Shown here piece by piece: positions 57,369-64,000 of a stretch of 64,000 nt of DNA. The notes under the pieces were generated by a model. The model was not told the origin of the DNA. It searched no databases and saw only the letters and a list, made by a program, of their open reading frames with translations. The translations under genes and the position numbers were made by a program. This DNA is from the human T2T-CHM13v2.0 reference genome, Homo sapiens. The stretch lies in the NCBI RefSeq assembly GCF_009914755.1, contig NC_060930.1; one strand, written 5' to 3'. Each line of letters starts with the position of its first letter. The first letter of the stretch is position 1.

Positions 57369-57651
57369 TTTTTCTTTCTCTCTTTTTTTTTTTTTTTGAG
57401 ATAGTGTGTGACTCTGTCACCAAGGCTGGAGTGCAGTGGCAAGATCATAGCTCACTGTAGCCTCCATCTCTGGAGTTCAAGGGATCCTCCCGCCTCAGTC
57501 TCCGAAGCTAATTTTTTTTTTTTTTTTTTTTTAGTAGAGACATGGTTTCACTATGTTGCCCAGGCCAGTCTCAACCTCCTGACTGAAGCAATCCTCCTGC
57601 CTCAGCCTCCCAAAGTGCTAGGATTACAGATACGAGCCACTATGCCCTGGC
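57369..57651 (-). mobile_element. AluJ with a deletion in the right arm
   Basis: CCTCAGTCTCCGA|AGCTAATTTT junction. Confidence 0.9.
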
Positions 57652-58414
57652 TCTTTCCTTCTTAAAGAAAGGACACTTTAAATCACTTTCCCCACACACA
57701 GAGATGAATGAGCAACAGACATATAAGTTAGGATTTATTTCAGGGTACCTGAACCACCTAAGAGAAAACAGACACACAAAGCAACATCACTTGACCACCG
57801 TCACACTTAACTAATGAGTGTACTGGGACTTGAGGCTAGAACAATTGTCTTTCTATCCTCTGCTCCTTTCAGAAACAAAAGGGAAAAAACAGTATTAAAT
57901 ACCTCATTTGTTGAAATTCCGGTCACTACAGATTCAGGATAAACACCTACAAAAGTCTATACTCAGCAGTACTGACCAACAATAGCCCAATATTCCAATA
58001 ACACACCTGCCATTTCAAGGTACTCAAGTGGAGACAAATTTTCACCTTTCGATGCTACTGTGAACGACAGGCTTCAACAGCTCCTTTTTAACCTGTCAAC
58101 ATTCCAGATAGACTCAACATTCCATTTCTTTTTTAAGGGGGAAGAAGGAAGATGGTAAGGTGGAGGTTATCACCTTATCCTCTACGTGCTTCCATTTTCC
58201 CGCTTCCCCTTTATAACTAAAGCTGGTAAAGGAACATGAGTAGAATCTCATCAGTGCTTTCTAGTTTCTGCATGAAAACTATCCCCTAATGATTAAATTA
58301 TACCCTAATGCAATAGTGTAGTATTGGCTCTGATTCAAGATAGTTACCCGTGGGGAGGGGAATGCAAATAGGATCGGGGTTTGACGTCGTTTACATATTC
58401 TTAGGGATAATATA

Positions 58415-58865
58415 AGACAGTAGTTATGGCTATAGGCTCTGGAACTAGACAGCCTGGGTTCAAACCGCTGCTCCACCATTAATTGGCTGAGTGACCCTGA
58501 GCAAGTTACTTCAAACTGCAGTGCCTCAGTTTTCTTATAGGATACTTAGGATAATAGTACCTACCACAAAGAGTTACTACAAGAATTAAATAAATAAATA
58601 AATGTAAAAGTGCTTATAGATAACCAGCATGGTGGCACACACCTCTAGTCCCAGGTACTCAGGAAACTGAGACAGAAGGATCACTTGAGCCCAGGAGTTC
58701 AAGGCTGTAGTATGCAATGATCACATCTGTGAGTACCCAGTGTACTCCGGCCCAGACAACACAGCAAGACCCCATCTCTAAAAAAAATATTTAAAAATAA
58801 AAGTGCCTATAGAACAGTGTCTGACATATATTAAGTACTCAAAACATGGTGCTTATTGTTATCAA
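58415..58865 (+). mobile_element. MIR interrupted by a FAM monomer
   Basis: GGCTCTGGAACTAGACAGCCTGGGTTCAAA...GCAAGTTACTT...TGCCTCAGTTT...AGAACAGTGTCTGACA. Confidence 0.8.
58622..58787 (+). mobile_element. FAM (fossil Alu monomer)
   Basis: Monomer with 7SL-like ATGATCACATCTGTGAGTA.CCAGTGTACTCC; TSD TAAAAGTGC(T/C)TATAGA. Confidence 0.8.
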
Positions 58866-59291
58866 TATTTTATAATTCAATGTCTTTGCAAGGAAATTAT
58901 ATTAAATAATTACATCTTAATTGAAAGTACAAATTAATATATAAAATAAACTATCTCCAACATAAAAATCCTGCCTGTTATTTAGGAAAAGCACTTCGAC
59001 CATTAAGTGATTGTCAGCTACAGCTATAATGCCAACAATTTACACAACGATTTCTAAATTAGTGCATCATCAATGTTTAAGGCATGTACCTTCCCCTCGA
59101 TACTGCCAGACAGAACCATATACAAACAGGTTGCTTTGATTTTTATAACTGTATAGTCCCATTAAAATTCAGTCAGCTAAAAAAGAATATTTTGCTTGGT
59201 CTAGTTCCAACATATTGCCTCTAAACTACGTTAGGCAAAAGAAGGGAAGAAAGAAGGCAGGGTGGGAGGAAGAAAAGAAAAAAGAAAAATC

Positions 59292-59601
59292 GGCTGGGCG
59301 CGGTGGCTCATGCCTGTAATCCCAGCACTTGGGAGGCCAAGGCAGGTGGATCACGAGGTCAGGAGTTCAAAATCAGCCTGGCCAAGATGGTGAAACCCTG
59401 TCTCTACTAAAAATACAAAAATAAGCCAGGCATAGTGGCGGGTACATGTAATCCCAGCTACTCAGGAGGCTGAGGCAGAGAACTGCTTGAATCTGTGGGG
59501 CAGAGGTTGCAGTGAGCCGAGATCGCGCCACTGTACCTCAGGCCTGGGCGACAGAGCAAGACTCTGTCTCAAAAAAAAAAAAAAAAAAAAGAAAAGAAAA
59601 A
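59292..59601 (+). mobile_element. Alu (AluSg-like)
   Basis: GGATCACGAGGTCAGGAGTTC; long poly-A. Confidence 0.95.
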
Positions 59602-60004
59602 TCTAAAAACAATAAAATCTAACATAAACATAAGCAGGATTCATAGGAAAAAAAATTATACAACATCAACTTTAACATTACCTTGAGAACATACTAGAAT
59701 TTGAATATCAGTTCAGATTTGGTTTAGAAATTGTTGGGGTTTTTGTTGTATTTTTTGTTTTATGTTCCTTGTTTTTAGCACTGGTTAAAGCATTCTCTAT
59801 GTCCACAATGCTACATTTAGGTGAAACTGCTTTTACTGACTAAAACAATATTCAGATATTTATTCCAAAAACATCACAACAGTATGTCACAAATGATCTA
59901 TTTTCTGTTATTCCACAAAATCCGTAATAAACATGAGCTTTATTTGGGAGACCAAGAAGTACATGCCAAGAAAAGGGGAGCAGGGGAATCTCACTTATTC
60001 ACAA

Positions 60005-60207
60005 ATAAAATTATATGATGTCTGGAGTTTGCTTCAAAATAAAGATGAGAGTGGGTCAGGGAGTCAAAGGGAAATACAGATGAAACAAGACTGGTCATGT
60101 GACTGGTAACTGTTGAAGCCAGGCGAGGATACGCGAGGTTCATTATACTACTATTCTCTACTTCTGAATATATTGAAAATTTTCCATAGTAAAAAGTTTA
60201 AAAAAGA
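60005..60207 (+). mobile_element. Old L1 3' end
   Basis: TATGATGTCTGGAGTTTGCTTCAAAATAA...GATGAAACAAGACTGG...GGTTCATTATACTA...TTTCCATA.TAAAAAG. Confidence 0.8.
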
Positions 60208-60674
60208 AGAACACTTTTCTGTAACTGATAATGGTACATTCTTTCTTCCAAAAACACTTCGATAATCAGATACTACATGGCTTTAAAAAAACCTAACCAA
60301 ACATGGCTTTAAAAAACCTAACCGGAAAAAAAAAAGTCCTTAAAAAAATGCCACATTATCCTTCACTGCTATTATGTGTTCTACACAGAGCAAGTAACAC
60401 ATAAATCATAGATCTATAGACTATTCTAGAATCTACCCTCTTTCGATTTAAGCTTGCAGCACTGAAGATGAAGGTAAAATGACCTCAATTGGTAGGAGCC
60501 ACATCTGCACCACATATGCAGCCCACATCCACAGCTCTTCATTGCAGAGCTGCAAAAGTTTAGAATATCTTCAACGTACCTTTATTTTCCTCCTGTTTTC
60601 GGGCAGAGGGAGGTGGGGGAAGACGAATGTATTCACATTCCCATATGTGTATAATTTAAAACAGACAATCTTGG

Positions 60675-60763
60675 CATTAAGGAAATTAAGATGTAGGCTT
60701 TACTGATGTTGATTTCAATGGCCAAGATCCAGAAACAGTTCTAGTTACAAGTTCATGGATAAA
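60675..60763 (+). repeat. 89-bp segment duplicated at 63325-63728 (second copy split by an Alu)
   Basis: CATTAAGGAAATTA.GATGTAG...CTGATGTTGATTT.AATGGCCAAGATCCA.AAACAGTTCT.GTTACAAGTTCA.GGATAAA; 7-8 mismatches. Confidence 0.95.
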
Positions 60764-61420
60764 TTTGATTTCTTTGCAGTGGACAGACCCAACTCAGTAC
60801 TTGACATTCTGACCTTTCCCATACACAACTTTCACCCACTTTATTAAGGAAAAAAAGTTTTCCTTTTTCTCTTTAAGAGAAGTGGATTAAAGAAAATTTT
60901 CCAAAGAAGATGTTCATTTAGTAGCTTTTCTACCAGAGTGTAGACACTTAGTAGCTTTTCTACCAGAGTCCAGAAGCAACTAAACAGAGTACTGGGAAAC
61001 AGTAAAAGATTATCATAATAAAAATGGTCCCCAAAAGCGAAGGCTGAATATGAACCATTGTCTAGCGTATAACCACTGCCACATTTGCTTTTCAAATACT
61101 TGTGGAGGCATTTGGCATCATTTTCCAATAATCCCATAGGACTTTTACTTGTTTTTTCAGTAGTATTTCAAAATGTTGACACATTTATTGAACTATTTTT
61201 GGAAGACTGAGCTCTGTCTACCTTCAGGGCTCAAGACACAAATATATAAAAGCTACAGGACATCTCTTTAGCTACAAAACTTGGCAGACTTCCTGAGTTT
61301 TCCAAGAAAACTTCAACTGGCAAAAGTGCACAGTATAGAGGGAACAGCTCTGAACACAAGAGACCTTGGCTGTGCCTGAAGCTCCATTAGTAACTGCTCC
61401 AGGACTTTGGTTAAGTTTAA

Positions 61421-61786
<366 letters not shown>

Positions 61787-62185
61787 TCATTTAGTATACC
61801 AACATACTCTGGGGAAATACTTTCCTTATTTATTCCCTGCAACATCTTCTATATTAATGCATAATAGATTTGAATGTCTAAATCTCTAAAACCCACTGGG
61901 CAACCAACTTAACTAACACTGATCACATAACAGGCATTAGATCATCCTGTCATTTCCTCAGACCTCACAGTCACTACTGACTCACTACAATATTCAGAAC
62001 CTTCCTTTTTGTTTTACCATCCCTAAAACCCATACTCGAAAATCCCTAACATCCATACCTTCACATTAATGTAAATCCCTAATTATGTCCCACCTAGTAA
62101 TGAAATTTTCACCCTTACAATATTTAACAGAACCTGCATATGTTCAAAACTTACTCTAATCCCCAAATCATATTCAAACAATATT

Positions 62186-62319
62186 CTTTTATTTATTTAA
62201 TAGAGATGGGGTTTCCCCATGTTGCCCAGGCTGGTCTTGAATTCCTGAGCTTAAATGATCTGTCCGCCTTGGCCTCCCAAAGTGCTGGGATTACAGGCAT
62301 GAGCCATCGTGCCTGGTCC
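62186..62319 (-). mobile_element. FLAM / Alu left monomer
   Basis: Single antisense monomer; AA(C/G)AATATTC flanks. Confidence 0.85.
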
Positions 62320-62877
62320 AAAGAATATTCAAGTATATGTGTGACAACAATATGTCTGTCTAAAGACAGACAAACCAAGATACTCAATAAATCTAAACTA
62401 ATGCTGTCACCTCTGATACGTAACAAAAACAAATTTGGTGAGTATGTATTGTTAAGTCTAGTTCAAGTATATAATATTTCTAAGAGTTTATAATGAACTC
62501 CTTGAAAGACCACAGGAAAAAAATATAATACATTTACTGAACTTTTCCTAGGAAGTAGCTTCTTGACCAATAACATATCAGTCATCCACTCCCAGGCACC
62601 CTAGATGTTCACTCAATCACCTGACTTTTCTATCTCCCTCTATATAAATGAAGTTCAACCCAGCAGCTGGCATGGGGAAACAAGTATAATTTTATTATGG
62701 CTGCAGTCCTTACCAAATGTGAGTACCGTGGCAATCTTGTGGAATTTTGTTTTTAATCAATTTAAATTCCAAAATCCAATATATTTAACATGAGCTAATT
62801 TCTGTTTCCTCCCACAACCACACTAAAATGAAGTGAGAAAAGTTTTCTTACAAGGAACAAATTCACAAAAGTAAAGC

Positions 62878-62878
62878 A

Positions 62879-62909
<31 letters not shown>

Positions 62910-62914
62910 CACAC
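62878..62914. repeat. Poly-A plus (CA)n microsatellite
   Basis: Directly visible. Confidence 0.95.
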
Positions 62915-63139
62915 AACAGCAACAATGGGAGGGGTCAGGCCAGCAGATATGTCAACAAAATTTTAGAAGATGGAAAGCAGATGTACAAAGTAACTGACTT
63001 AGCAGAGCAGAGGAAGCAGAAAACTGTTACTGTTTTGGTGGGGGGCCTACGAGAAACAAGTTGATTGTTGGAAAAGCCCTGAGAGCCTGAAGAATTGGAG
63101 GTTCCAGATATCTTTGAGGACTGAGGTGAGAGAAAGAGC

Positions 63140-64000
<861 letters not shown>

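Noticed and set aside
58170-58260. TGATGA on the - strand as a possible C/D snoRNA C box
   Set aside because: No correctly placed D box (CTGA) or terminal stem.

Overview
Primate (very probably human) genomic DNA, AT-rich and repeat-dense, with no recognisable protein-coding exon. The + strand is A-rich, and most L1/LTR elements lie on +. Both fit a large intron of a gene transcribed on the - strand, but the host gene cannot be named from the sequence. Recognisable content: about 27 Alu/FAM/FLAM copies, a full-length THE1 (MaLR) element with intact target-site duplications (TSDs), a MER4A1-like solo LTR carrying nested Alus, another ERV LTR, MER1A/MER20/MER5 DNA-transposon fossils, old L1/HAL1/L2/MIR fragments and microsatellites. 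The most interesting structure is at about 24.9-27.7 kb. There, two back-to-back inverted copies of a heavily decayed RTE-clade LINE reverse-transcriptase region share a roughly 160-bp core (about 73% identical by hand alignment, with 12-14-bp perfect blocks). The copies could fold the pre-mRNA into a long-range duplex over a cluster of good - strand splice sites. Other oddities are a collapsed inverted-Alu chimera, a 24-bp-spaced inverted Alu pair, an 89-bp local templated duplication inside HAL1, small hairpin/duplication scars and candidate regulatory elements. All repeat family calls are from recall of consensus sequences, not a database search, and boundaries are approximate.
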